Source of the DNA: Octopus vulgaris
Taxonomy: Eukaryota
Reading direction: 5' to 3'
Assembly: GCA_951406725.2 (NCBI GenBank)
Contig: OX597814.1
Coordinates: 155,496,001-155,560,000, forward strand
DNA: 64,000 bases
Part shown: piece after piece, positions 40,766 through 53,244 of the stretch
Layout of the letters: every line of letters begins with the position of its first letter
Numbering within the stretch: position 1 is the first letter of the stretch
Program-made: the position numbers and the translations under genes
The notes under the pieces: generated by a model
The model's database searches: none
Told to the model about the DNA's origin: nothing
Seen by the model: only the letters and a program-made list of their open reading frames with translations

Positions 40766-41520
40766 CCCCAGCATGGCCACAGCTCATAGGCTGAAACTAG
40801 AATCAATCAATCAATCATACACATATGCATACATACATACATACATACATACATACATACATACATACATACATGCATATATACATATATATATATATAT
40901 TCAGCGAAAGTTCGGGAGTGGGACCAGTGAATCTTGAAAATGTTTGAGCCTGAACGTAGCCAACGAACAGTTTCGCATAGTTGGGGGTCCATTCTCTTTC
41001 TCATGTCCACTCCCAAGAAATTTTGGTAAAACTCCCTCGTAAACGAGAAGCAGTTGAAGGAGAGAACAATTTCTGCCGGACGAAGAAGTGTGGATGTGTT
41101 GAGTCGAAGATCTAGGAAGTGTTTGAGGGCAACACGTCCTCCGTGGTTTGGGATCACCGTATATAGACTCTTGATATCAAGAGTGAAGAGATGTTTAGAG
41201 AGGCCAGGAGGGACGGAGAAAGAATTGAAAAGACGAAGAGCATGGTTAGTTCCGTGGATGTGTGAGGGGAGGGAATCCACTAGGGGAGTAAGGACACAGT
41301 CGAGATATTTGTAGATCAGTTACAGCGGAGACGATGGGGCGGCCAGGGTTGTTGGGTTTGTGGATATTGGGAAAGGAGTAAATTGTGGGGGGCGCGAGTT
41401 GTGCGGACAATGAAGTTGGAAGCAGTGGGAGGGAGACGGGAGGAGGTGAGAGGTCATGGATAGTGGAGAACACCGTTAGTTGGTACCTAGGGGTGGGGTT
41501 GGGAGGCAGAGGGCAATAGA
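39690..41520 (-). mobile_element. Penelope-like retroelement (RT plus GIY-YIG endonuclease), disrupted
   Basis: ORF pieces in correct order: IHKPNNPGRPIVSA; LFTLDIKSLYTVIP; NCFSFTREFYQNFLGVDM; SFHPILEFSCTISNTSVVFLDISV; SIHYKHTYSHSYL...SIPYSQFPRLHR; PLTYHP; FTCTSSNVIYCIFC; KLIFSLRSFSPHGLN. C/T-rich trailer continues to about 39430. Confidence 0.9.
40761..40817 (+). mobile_element. 5'-truncated SINE/LINE tail within microsatellite, interrupting the Penelope-like element
   Basis: cggtgccccagcatggccacagctcataggctgaaactagaa(tcaa)n, nearly identical to 42195-42235. Confidence 0.75.
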
Positions 41521-41775
41521 AAGAGGTGTTTTGAAAAAATCTATGATTACCTGCCCCTATCTGGAACTCTCATACTTCAAATTATAGCGAAGAGTTGACA
41601 CACTATCGGTAAAGAAATTTGAGAAATTTGAAAAGAAAATACGGAACCGGTTATTTCTCCAAAAACAATGTTACTATGCACAAAATATTATAACATTTTT
41701 CTAACATAACGATTTGAATATATTCTTTGACCATAAAACACATGTCTTCTATAGTGTTTTCATTCTATTTTGTGT

Positions 41776-41806
<31 letters not shown>

Positions 41807-42029
41807 GAAGTAATGAGGGTGATAAATTGAATATCAATTTAATTAACATCAATTTAAACCAGTTGCCTAGCATATAGAAACATCTGAAAATTCAGAAAAA
41901 TTATATTAGATGCGTATAAGAAGGGATGACGACTAAGTGGACATCCAATACCTTAGAAATAGATCACCTACGATCTAACCACAGAGAAAAGAGGATGCTC
42001 TAGAAAAATTCAGCTGAATATATATGTAG

Positions 42030-42258
42030 AGGCGCAATGGCCTAGTGGTTAGGGCAGCGGACTCGCGGTCGCAGGATCGCGGTTTCGATTCTCAGACCGG
42101 GCGTTGTGTGTGTTTATTGAGCGAAAACACCTAAAAGCTCTACGAGGCTCCGGCAGGGGGTGGTGATCCCTGCTGTACTCTTTCACCACAATGGCGGTGC
42201 CCCAGCATGGCCACAGCTCAAGAGCTGAAACTGGAAAAACAAAACAAAACAAAACAAA
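42030..42258 (+). mobile_element. tRNA-derived SINE, family C head with family-B-like tail
   Basis: A box TGGCCTAGTGG, B box GGTTTCGATTC, tail ggcggtgccccagcatggccacagc...tgaaactgg(aaaac)n. Confidence 0.88.
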
Positions 42259-42340
42259 TAGTGTTTTAAGTGTTTTGAGTGTTTTGCGTTCTTGTCCCAT
42301 TTTGTATTTATGTATATATTTATATATATATATATATATA

Positions 42341-42565
42341 TATTATATTAAATTAGAGACAAAACCACTATTATGCAAATCAAACAAAAAAGACTTACGC
42401 CAATACATAAAAAATTTATATAAATTAAATTTAATTAAATTAATTAATTAATTAATTTAATTAATTTAATTAAATTTAATTTATATAAATTTTTTTATGT
42501 ATTGGCTTAAGTCTTTTTTTGTATGATTTGCATAATAGTGGTTTTGTCTCTAATTTAATATAATA
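42341..42565. repeat. Near-perfect AT-rich palindrome, about 225 bp
   Basis: tattatattaaattagagacaaaaccactattatgcaaatca...ccaatacataaaaaatttatataaattaaa mirrored about a (TTAA)n centre near 42453. Confidence 0.92.
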
Positions 42566-42642
42566 TAATATTTTACTATAAAATTGGATTCAATCCTAAA
42601 TCTGATTTTTCCCTGTAAATTTGGATTTATTCCCTAATATTT

Positions 42643-42699
<57 letters not shown>

Positions 42700-42764
42700 T
42701 ATATATTTATATATAAATATATGTATATATATATACACATACGTACATACATATTATATATACC

Positions 42765-44193
42765 TAAAGTAATTAAAGACATGAAGACAGGGAAACCACC
42801 TGGCCCATCAAGAATAACCGTTGAGATGCTTAAAATATCGGGTGGCGTGGGTTATGGTCTTGTTACTCGCATCGTAAATCAGGTAGTTCATGAAGGATCA
42901 TATCCAGTGACTGGTGTAGCAGCACCATAGTCATCTTTTACAAGGGTTAAGATGATGCTTTAGATAGAAATAACTATAGGGGTATGAAATAGCCCAACTA
43001 ATTAAGGAGAGAGTTAGCCTAGGTAAGATGCAGTTTGGTTCTGTGCCAGGCAGAGAAATACCTAGCCAAAGATAAACCTCTAAACTAGACTTTTGTTGTC
43101 TTGGATAAAGCCTTTGACAGGGTACCCCGATCCCTTATTTGGTGGTTAATGCGGAAACTGGGGAGAGACAAGTCGTTGGTAAGAGCTGTACAGGGATGCT
43201 GGCAATAAGGTGAGGGTTGGCAACGAGTGTAGTGAAGAATTCCGAGTAGAAGTAGGGGATTCACCAAGGATCAGTCCTCACCCCACCTTATTCATTATAG
43301 TCCTCCAGACAATAACAGAGGAATTCAAGACAGGCTGCTCCTGGGAGCTCCTATATGCTTATGATTTGCTCTAATAACTGAGTCACTGCCAGAACTAAAG
43401 ACGATGTTTAGGGTTGGAAGGAAGGTCTAGAATCAAAGGGCCTTAGGATTAACCTAACAAAAACCAAAGTCTAAGTAAGTAAGAAGGCTGTCAAATCATA
43501 AACCCTTCAGGTAGATGGCCCTACTCAATCTGTAGAAAAGGCGTGGGTAGAAACTCCATACGATGTACTCGGTGTAAGCTATGGACGCATAAAAAGTGCG
43601 GCAATATCAAAGGAAGGTTAAAAGGGAAAATAGTTTTTGTGTGTGGCAGATGCATAGGGGCAATACACACTGAAGATGTACAGAAAACAGATTCCATTAC
43701 ATGATGGGGAGAAACTTGAAGTAGTTAATTTCTTCCTCTACCTAGGCGACCAAGTCTGTAATGGGGGTGGTTACTCTGAGAGTGTCGCGGCAAGATTAAG
43801 TACAGCCTGGGCAAAGTTGAAGGAGCTCCGACCTCTGCTGCCAGGTCCTTCGAAGCCAGGTCCGCCAGACAGGCCCTCGTGCCGGTGGCACATAAAAAGC
43901 ACCATCCGAACGTGGCTGATGCCAGTATCCCCTGACTGATCTCGTGCCGGTGGCACGTAAAAAAGCACTATCCGAACGTGATCGTGCCAGGACCGCCCAA
44001 CTGGCCCCTGTGCTGGTAGCACGTAAAAAGCTCCCACTACGCTTCCGGAGTGATAGGCGTTAGGAAGGGCATCTAGCTGTAGAAACATTGCCAGATCAGA
44101 TTGAAGCGTGGCGCAGCCGGAGGCTCTCCAGTCCTCAGTCAAACTGTCCACTCCATGCCAGCATTGAAAACGGACGTTAAACGATGATGATGA
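42765..44193 (+). mobile_element. RTE-clade LINE, 5'-truncated and internally deleted, with 3' UTR
   Basis: KDMKTGKPPGPSRITVEMLK; LDKAFDRVPR; HQGSVL; WELLYAYDL; SKGLRINLTKTKV; EVVNFFLYLGD...AWAKLKELRPLL; 3' UTR with three gtgc.ggt.gcac.taaaaa units and terminal acggacgttaaac(gat)n. Confidence 0.88.
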
Positions 44194-44231
44194 TATAGGT
44201 GAGGGTTGGCAACATATACACACACACGTAC

Positions 44232-44275
<44 letters not shown>

Positions 44276-44340
44276 GCACACATATATATAAGCATAAACA
44301 TAAACATATGTATACATATATACATACACACATACATACA

Positions 44341-44396
<56 letters not shown>

Positions 44397-46422
44397 TATA
44401 AACTGAAATCATCATAGTTTATGCTTTTTTTTCCACGATACGTTCTATTTATTCGTATTAATTTCTTTGTTTGCATCACTTATATGTCAAAGAATTGAAT
44501 TACACTGTATGCATTTTATCTCTCACTTCATAACTATGTATATTTAATTATCTACGTTAATAACCTTGTTGGGAATCACACATGTTTTATGTTATATAAA
44601 TTAGTATACCATAGTAAGAAACATCCGGCCAGTTAATCGCACGGGAAACGTCTTTGTTATCTATGTCACTTTTGACATGTTTATGACATAGTTGCTGGTG
44701 TTGATATGTCATGTACCTTTCAACGTCTATATTTATTCTGGATATGTAAGAAGCAACGGGAATATAGATGACTTCTTCTATAAGCATATGTCCGGAAATG
44801 TAAGAAATGGTAGCAATCTATTGTATCTGCTATTGTGCTTGATTGGATCTCATCGACCTATGAATGATTAGAGGCAGAATCAATCATTGTATTAGAACTT
44901 AGAACGTTAATAACTTCAAATACATATATACAACAAAGAATGTTTTCCGACGCTGTAGGAATTCTGTCAATCCGCTAATAATGAGAATGAGGGAAAAAAT
45001 AAAGTTTAGACAAAACAGCAGAAATTTCGGAGATGGCTTATTTGATTAAATCGATCAAGTACTTGACTAGTATTTCGTTTTATCATCCCTGAACGGATGA
45101 AAAGTATTTTGTATCAGGGCGTAAAAAAGTAGGACAAATAAATAAATGCTGCAACGCAATTTCTCCAAGGTTCATCAATGTTGCCAACACAAATTTCAGG
45201 TACATAGATAACTTTGTTTTCTTCTCATTCTTGAGAAGAAAACCGGTAAAAAGAAATACGTTTCTACATTTCGAAATCTTAGCTAATAGATTTCTCTTCC
45301 GCTAGTTGGTTCATATTCAGAAATTACCTATTTCTGGTGAAACTTTAAAAAAACATTTGTTTTCTTTTCGTTTAACAATTTCGCAAATAGGTATGCGTCG
45401 TTGTTGTTGTTTTTGTTACTTTGTATGAGTTGCTCATTTTTCCAATTTCGAATATTAAATTGTAAACGTCTATACTTGCGAAAATATTTGTTTTATCATC
45501 ATTGTTTTGATTATCTTTTTTTGAATTCGTTTTCATGTGTTTCAAGATTATTTGCCTGTGTTCTTTTAATGGATCACATTCAGTTCTACTAGCTCTCCTA
45601 CTTCTAGCTCTTACTCTTCAGCTAGTAATGGAAGCCATATCAAAAGTAATTGCAAACTCAATATATTTCGCAGAAAATTAAGAATATTTGAAACTGAGAT
45701 AGACGCATCGACGTTTTAATCTTCTCTATTTTTAAAATAACATAAAAACAATAAACATTCATAGAGCAAAACTCGCTAATATTCTCAGAGATTTTCAGAA
45801 TGCCTTCTAACATATCCTTCTACCTTCCGTTACTAAATACAGTTGCAACCCTCCTGGGTCCTCTATTAGGTCAGAGCTTTTGTCTAGTTTTAGGTTTCAC
45901 CAATCTTATCTGAGCATATATTTTTGGAATCACTCTATGTCTAACAGTGTGCTAGGGTCTTCCAAGGCCATGCAGTTCACCATCCAATAGAAGTCTAGTT
46001 CTGATGGTTGGTTCGAAATTTTTATTCCGGTTCATCTCTGTCCTAGGAACATTGGAATCAGTATGACATATTCTTTTTTTTTCCTTTGTGAACGGTGGCA
46101 TGCTTCAGCGTTTAGGTTTCCGAGTGCAAAATAACTCATACATAACTGAACTTATCGGCATGTTCCACAAAACTGATGTCTTGCCGTAGCTTCCTCAAAC
46201 AAATTTTTTGCTTGGTCTGAAGGTATACTCTCAAATATGTGCTTTTGCTCGCCTCTTTTAAATATTCATGCTTATATGTTAGTGGAATGTAATCAAACAT
46301 GCTTTTGACCTTGGCAAAAGAAATATTATTTTCTTCAGTGGTTTTCTGTTGCTAGTCCTGCTTCTGGTGTTTGCAACATCATTGTCACTACTATTACAAC
46401 TATTATTATTACTTTTATTATT

Positions 46423-46637
46423 AAGGCGGTGAGCTGACAGCATCGTTAGCACGCCGGAATAAATGCTTAGCGGCATTTCGTCCGTTTTTACGTTCTGATT
46501 TCAAGTTTCGCCGAGGTTGACTTTGCCTCTCGTACTTTCGGATCGATCGATAAAATAAGTACCAGTTGAGCACTGGCGTCGATGTAATTGATTATCTCTC
46601 TCCCCCAAAATTCCAGCCCTTGTGCCTATAGTAGGAA
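46423..46637 (+). mobile_element. SINE family A, near full-length copy
   Basis: aggcggtgagctgacagcatcgttagcacgccgg...gataaaataagtaccagttgagcactggcgtcgatgtaat...ccttgtgcctatagtagga. Confidence 0.9.
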
Positions 46638-47105
46638 GGTTTATTGCTATTATCGTTGCTTGACATATTGTTGTTGCTGCTGATAATGTCGCTGTTGCAG
46701 TTCCTATTATTGTTACTGTTGCGTTTCTTAGTCTTGTTGTTGCTATTGATACCGATGCTACTAATTTTATTTATACTACCTCTGTAGCACTATGTGGGTG
46801 GAAGTAACTGCAAAAGACAGACGGTTTCACCTTGAAAATCCTTTCCTATTTTCTTCTCTTGCTGTCTTGTCGACAAAGTCTACGCCATTTTGAGATGTTA
46901 CTACCTTTCGAAAAATAATTTTCTTTTCTTTTACAACTTTACTTCATAGCGCGAATATCTAAGCCCGTTGATCTGTTTCTTATGGTTTCGGTCAGAGAAA
47001 AAAAAAACATGTCAGAACAATGAAAATGAACAAACAACATGTGTCTGAAAAGAAAACAAAGCAAATACCTTCAACTCCAGCGATAAACAATAATTATAAT
47101 GATAA

Positions 47106-48489
47106 CTAGCAGAGATACCCAGCATTGCTCGGGACTAAAATGGCATAGTTTGTATATATATTACAGTTATGTTGAAACCGGTGATACGGGTAAGTGCAGC
47201 ATTTACGACAAAACATTTGTGGAGTAAATGATGGGTTAATTTGAATAAGCGACATGCCGTGCGTCCGTTTGGAGTATTCCAGGTCCTAACATGTCATGGA
47301 AAATTGGGGTTGGGAGGTATGTGATTTCTGAATGCACCGAAAAGCTGTCAGTGGATATAATCTCCTTTGCGGCAGTCAGCGCTGCGTCTAACACGACCCA
47401 TTGTCTGAAGCGTTGACACCTTCAGGTTTGTTGTCCTACATCACTCATAAAATAAATTTGGAGGAACTGTGATTGGTCATTTGTGGGTAACAGGGAATCA
47501 ATGAGGTGACAGACTTGCCTTTGAACCTTGAACGTCGCCGTAAATCCATGTTCAATTATCTTCTTAGATGCTCCAAACGATGTCATTTGAAATGCAGAGT
47601 TGTATAGTCTGTTATTGTTCAGAAAATACTTTGACTGGATGGATGTGCCTTTCAGTAGATCCAAAAGAGTTTGAAGAAGAGCTGGTAGTGCTGGCAATCT
47701 TACTTTACCGGCTGAGCAGCACATGTCATTAGTTTCATTTGGAAATTTTTAAGCTATGCAGAAACGACAATTTAAGTTTAGTACACCAATTTGGACAAAA
47801 TTATAAGTTTAATATGAATGGGTTGAATCATATCTCAAAGCTGCTCCAGGAGTTGTGAAAAACGAATTTATACATAGTCTATTTTAATGATCCAGCATTA
47901 AGTGCTGCAGCATGCATTCGCTGATCTTGGGAAAGTGTCATATCCCTTCTCTCTTGAAACTTCATTTGATGTGCTGCAGCAAGCATTGACTGAACTTGAG
48001 AAAGACTCATCTCCCTTCCCTCTTGAGACTCCCGCATTCGGTTTTCTACATTCCTCTTTGCTTTATACTTGTTTCTGAAGAGATTACGTCTTTTCTTTGG
48101 TGGCATATTTTTTTCAATATTGCAAACGAAAAGTTATGAACATAGAAAAAATTATACATTAATTGAAATGTAATAGAAATAAGATGATCTTAGTGCTAAC
48201 ACATTAGAATTAAAGATGTAAGAATGAAAGTGAAACAATATTATAGCCATATCACATTAGAATTTTAATTGACAGAATATAAGTGAAACTTTCATATCAC
48301 ATTACAATATAGATGTTATTCTTTCACTTTTAACACGTAATACCGAATCAGTGCCAATGTTATATTGTTCTCATGAAAAGATTATATGTTGACACTCACG
48401 GGGTCGGATACTTTTACCTTGTAAAATTTTATTTGATTTGGTCGAGCCATTTGAGAATGAGTAGGGAACAGACAGACAGACAGACAAAG

Positions 48490-48540
<51 letters not shown>
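47106..48540 (-). mobile_element. Internally deleted Helitron
   Basis: 3' end on minus strand: cccgagcaatgctggg hairpin then CTAG|T at 47109-47106; 5' end tatataattctttgtctgtctgtc merges into (TA)n; carries the start of the RepHel ORF. Confidence 0.88.
47422..48106 (-). pseudogene. Helitron Rep/helicase N-terminal fragment
   Basis: MPPKKRRNL start, then MCCSAGKVRLP...YFLNNNRLYNSAFQMTSFGA...TFKVQRQVCHLIDSLLP...QFLQIYF, the conserved Helitron zinc-finger/pre-Rep segment; Rep catalytic and helicase domains absent. Confidence 0.9.
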
Positions 48541-48544
<4 letters not shown>

Positions 48545-50188
48545 TGATAATGAATACGATGATGATCATAATTATAATAAATTTGGTTCAGAATTTTAAT
48601 ACAAGGCAGGCAATTTTAGAAGAAGGGTAATCAATTACCGTGACACCATCGCTCAACATCTTTCGACCCTGAAAGGTTTAAAGGAAAAGATAACCTTAAT
48701 AGAACGCAAAATCAGACTGCTAAGCACTTTGTCCGATATACTATAGATTTTCAGCTTACAGAATGTAAGGTATTCACTAACAACGATTAAAGAGAAATTA
48801 AGTACAAATAAATCCAGTTATCTCCTCCCTTACACACACAAAAAGTGAAAAATGACGTAAAGAATTGAAGTTTAAGTATTAGCAATACACCGAGGTACTC
48901 TGAAACGTCTAGATGTTTCCCTCATATAATTATCAATGCTGTTCTATGTTCATATTGAATGTTATATATAAACATTACTAAAATAGTGTAATTTACTCTG
49001 CATGTAGCAAATTCACGAAGCGCGCAACAAATTCAGTTTGATGCATAAAAAAGTGCGATAAATAATACTTCTAAAAGCTGACATCATAGGCAACATGGAA
49101 ATATTTAAGAATAGGAATTTCTAAAGATTGAAGCCGGAAACATGATAATAATCAAAAGATGGAAATAACTAAGGAATCAAAATCGATAGATCTCCTTGAA
49201 AAGCAAAGAGAGTACCACCCAAGGATAACACTCAACAATGAAAAAGCAACAATAATAACAGATGCAAAGCCTGCAATCTCTGACTTCGTGAAAACCGACA
49301 CAATCACCAATGTTACTACATTAAACGGTATACATGCAGACATAATATTTATAAACATTTATTGTTACAGATCGTTAAACATCCAAGCAAACAGTATGAA
49401 AGTCAAGCATAAAAGGAATGATAGCAAAAGAAAATAAAATTCTCACTCCTTAATAAAATCAATAACAAAAACATAAAACTGAAACAATGGAGATACAAAT
49501 ACTGCAGAAATAAAGAATCCCGAAAAAATACGATTAGCCTAAAGTATATCTAATTTGTTTTCACAGATATTCACTACACTAATTGATATGCAGTACATTA
49601 TAGCTGCAATCTGGAACCAAATGAAACAGTTTTAACGGGAGAAATATTTTCTTATACAATTATATTTGAGAAAAATTGTCATCAAAACCTATAACGACAA
49701 AAAGAAATGAATATTTTCAACATACTATCTACTTCCCTTTGGATCTAATTGTATTTCTGGTTTCAAATAAAAATGACTGCGCATATTCAATATGCACATA
49801 TCACTCACTCACTCACTCACTCAAAAGAAACTCTACATTAAATTATTTTCGGTACCACATTGGAGACAAGTATAAGGTTTTTAACTTTAATTCACAGTTT
49901 TCCCTGCTACGCAATAAACGGATTATATGCGTTTCTACTTACGAATACAGTTACTATAAAGTGTCTCTGTGAGTAACAAATTCTTACTATCACAGAAATA
50001 CCAATAGATGAATTACATCGACAATTGTAGATGAAAAAAAAAGACCCCTAAAATTATAGAGCGCGTGATATCAGAGATCCTGCAAACAGAAAAGTATCAG
50101 TCGGTAAGAAAACGCACAAAAACTGAACAAAACAAATAGTTTTATTAGTGCAACTTAAAAAGAATTTATTAAGATATCGGAAATAATC

Positions 50189-50319
50189 CATTCTATTATA
50201 GGCACAAGGTCTGAATTTTGGCGGGGAGGGTACTAATCGATTACATCGACCCCCAGTGTTTTATTGGTACTTAGTTTATCGATTCGGAAAGGATGAAAGG
50301 CAAAGTCAACCTCGGAGGA
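50189..50319 (-). mobile_element. SINE family A, 3' half
   Basis: atcgattacatcgacccccagt...ggtacttagtttatcga...aaaggatgaaaggcaaagtcaacctcgg. Confidence 0.8.
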
Positions 50320-50629
50320 AGATAACGGAAACAATACCACAGAGGTAATGCAGTGCTAACAACAAGAGATAAAAGATTTCGTTCAAAGATTATGTGAAGG
50401 AGTCACAACATGTTAGGTTGCGTTAAAGAATAAATATAACATCTGAGCAATCGTAGCATGAGATATCGCCACAAGAATTAACTCAGTCGAGACAACTGTA
50501 ATTCACCAGGAAATGATAAGATTCTAAATATCTGTTCAAAAGATTTAACAGATACCTAAAAGGCACTAACAAAGACAAGATATTGGTGCTGATATCTTAT
50601 GCCGAAGCAATAAGGTACTGAGCCAGCCT

Positions 50630-51190
50630 TACTACAACTTACGCAGCGTTACCTGTCAAAATATTGCAGAGGATAAGATAACGCAAGGGAAAAAAGAACC
50701 TTCTTCAAGAAGGAGTACTGCAAAGTTTATATAGTTCTAAAGATCTATTACTGAATAACAAAGCTGTATGACTTAGGTTTGTAAAAAAGGGAAAAAATGT
50801 CTTAACATAGATGGACTGACTACTAGAATGCGTTTGACAAGGTTTTCCATACATGGATCCAGGAAATATTAGCCCTGCACAAGATAACATTAAACACGTG
50901 ATGGGGAAATGGCAAACAATTCATCAAAGAAGCCGGGAAATGGTAAAATAATTTGACTTCACCTTTATTAAAAGAGGAATGTACCAAGAGTTTTGTGTCT
51001 CCACTTTTCATACGACTGATGTTAGCACGTGAAATCTAAATCTTAAATAAGAGCAGGCATTCATACAAATGCTGACAATCAACCGCCTTTTATATATGGA
51101 CACCTTCGAGTATTAGGCTGTAAAAGATAATCTATGAAAAACTGATCTTGCACGGATTTACAACAGAAAATTAGATTAGAATAATTGAAC
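50630..51190 (+). pseudogene. Highly decayed non-LTR reverse transcriptase (R4/Dong-like)
   Basis: SKDLLLNNKAV (cf. CKDQLLINK), WTDY*NAFDKVFHTWI (cf. WIDYKKAFDSVPHSWI), INRLLYMDT (cf. NHLLYMDDL). Confidence 0.65.
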
Positions 51191-52679
51191 AATGAGTTGA
51201 ATAAGCATTCTAAGCTATTCTATGTTTAAAAGAATCCCGCAAGAATTAAGTCCCCTAATGCAATATTCATTATCAGAGGCCATTTTGGATAAAACAATAG
51301 CAATATCCTAGTAGTGTTTCATTGTTAATACATATCAATACTACATAGTTTTCTTTAAGTTCCAGAGAAAAATGCAAAAGTTACGTCTGTGTGTGTGTGT
51401 AAAAGGCAGTTAAGCACACAAGCAAAGGCATGAGCTTCATAATAAACATGGAAAACATCTCTAAACAGAAGAAATAGCGAAGCTCATGCGAAGAATAGCC
51501 ACTAAAAATAAAGAAAACAATTAAAAATACAAAGAATATGTTTCCATAAACTTATGAAAGAAATGCGAAAGAATAGACCATTTGTAAATCACATTAGATT
51601 CAGCAAAAGAACAAAAATAACACACCAGAAACAAACACACATATAACAACTGAGCTTTCAAATCCCACCAAAAATATCACAACAGAGCGTACATCACCCA
51701 GAGATAACAAGGCATCGCAGCAAAACTAAAGTAGAAACAGCATAAAAGAAAAATAACTAAAACAGTGACTAAACAAATACGGAGCCACAACAAAGGTTTA
51801 CTCTTGACCCTACACTTAACCATAAACATAATAAAAATATAAATCATGGAAAATTATTCATTGATTAGTCATCAATAAGCAAATTCTATCAGAAATGCAG
51901 GATTCACCATAACAAAAATCAATAAATGTTTCAACGAAACGCCTCCCCCAGTTCAAATATATATATCCAAGAAATAATAGCTTAATACAACAAGGTTCCC
52001 CTAAGAAAGTTTTTCTACAAAAGCAAAGCCGTGCATCAATAGGATAAATGACTTAATTTATTCAGTAACCATGGCAATGTTGAAAGAAATCGATTTAGTA
52101 AGGCTCTCTTCACTCATGCCTAATATAAACAGCAGAAAACAAATATTTTATACAAATTACATTAATAAGTGAAATAGGAGGGTTAAGAACAAAAATGAAA
52201 AAAACAAAAAAAAAACAATAAGACAAAACAAAGCAAAAAATATAAAGATATGACATTGAGAAACATTAAAATACATCCCGGATGTAAAAGAATGACTTAA
52301 GGCAATGCATCTCAGTCGCTATGCCGACTTTGACGCTTTGATAAATTCGAGCGCTTCCATCAAAAGGATAAGTTATTTGAAATAAACACAAAGATTCTGC
52401 AGGGACAACAATAAAAGGGAAGCGTATCAATGGGTAACAAATCAACGTCAACAATAATCTAAACATGCTACGAGAAATTATTGAATTAAAACATACAACG
52501 GAATAAAGAAATATATTGTGAATGAATTAGAAAGTAAATGGAAGCGTAAAATAAAATATAAGTACCAGGACGAAAAAAATATGACTACACCAATGCAAAA
52601 AGACTACTGGAGAGCCACTGGAATTGAAAAATTTCAAACATTTGGTGGATATATTCAACCAGCTTACATGAAGCTGAAA

Positions 52680-52890
52680 CAATGGCATTCAAAAGACCAG
52701 GCGCAGAGTTTGACTTGTCATTAAAGGAGAAAATATTACCCAAAACGATGACATCAACAAATTTACAGATCAATAGCATAACTTTACAAATCATTGCTGA
52801 TTTTATTCTGAATGTTAAATGTTCACCTGGAGCATATAAGTTTACCAGTGAATCGGAAAATGTTTTTAAAAAAATGGTTTGTTGTTGATT
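52680..52890 (+). pseudogene. Possible L1/Tx1-type ORF2 remnant
   Basis: KCSPGAYKFTSESENVFKK resembles KSPGPDGFTxEFYKxF; single motif only. Confidence 0.3.
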
Positions 52891-53244
52891 ATCGTTTATT
52901 TAGTGTATTCCTGATGTATATAATGCAACAGTTAATCTGATTTACTATCAGAATAATAGGATATGCACACCACTGCCCTGCTTAACATCAACAACTGGCC
53001 CATATCTCTTTTAATCAGTAGACATATCTCACTTCCACTCTCCCCCAAATCATTGTCTGCTGTAACTTCTATGTTCTTGTTGGTTTTCTTACACGTGACA
53101 TACAGATAGCTCATGTTCAGTAATTGAATCTTTTGTAATCCTAATGTCTCTGTCAACTTAGTTTCCGCACTTATTGTAAGATGTAACTTACAGAATATTG
53201 AATGCAAGTTAAACGAGACCCATTGAGCAGAAATAATAGTAGTA

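Noticed and set aside
42030-42105. tRNA gene
   Set aside because: Has A and B boxes but no proper acceptor stem and runs into repeat body sequence shared with another copy; it is a SINE head.
43865-44035. CRISPR-like array (three repeats of about 22 bp with spacers)
   Set aside because: Eukaryotic context, no cas genes, spacers resemble each other, and it lies in a LINE 3' UTR.
45586-45626. Minus-strand tactag-CUGAAGA...ctagta
   Set aside because: No stem II or GAAA; explained by local ctagctc repeats.
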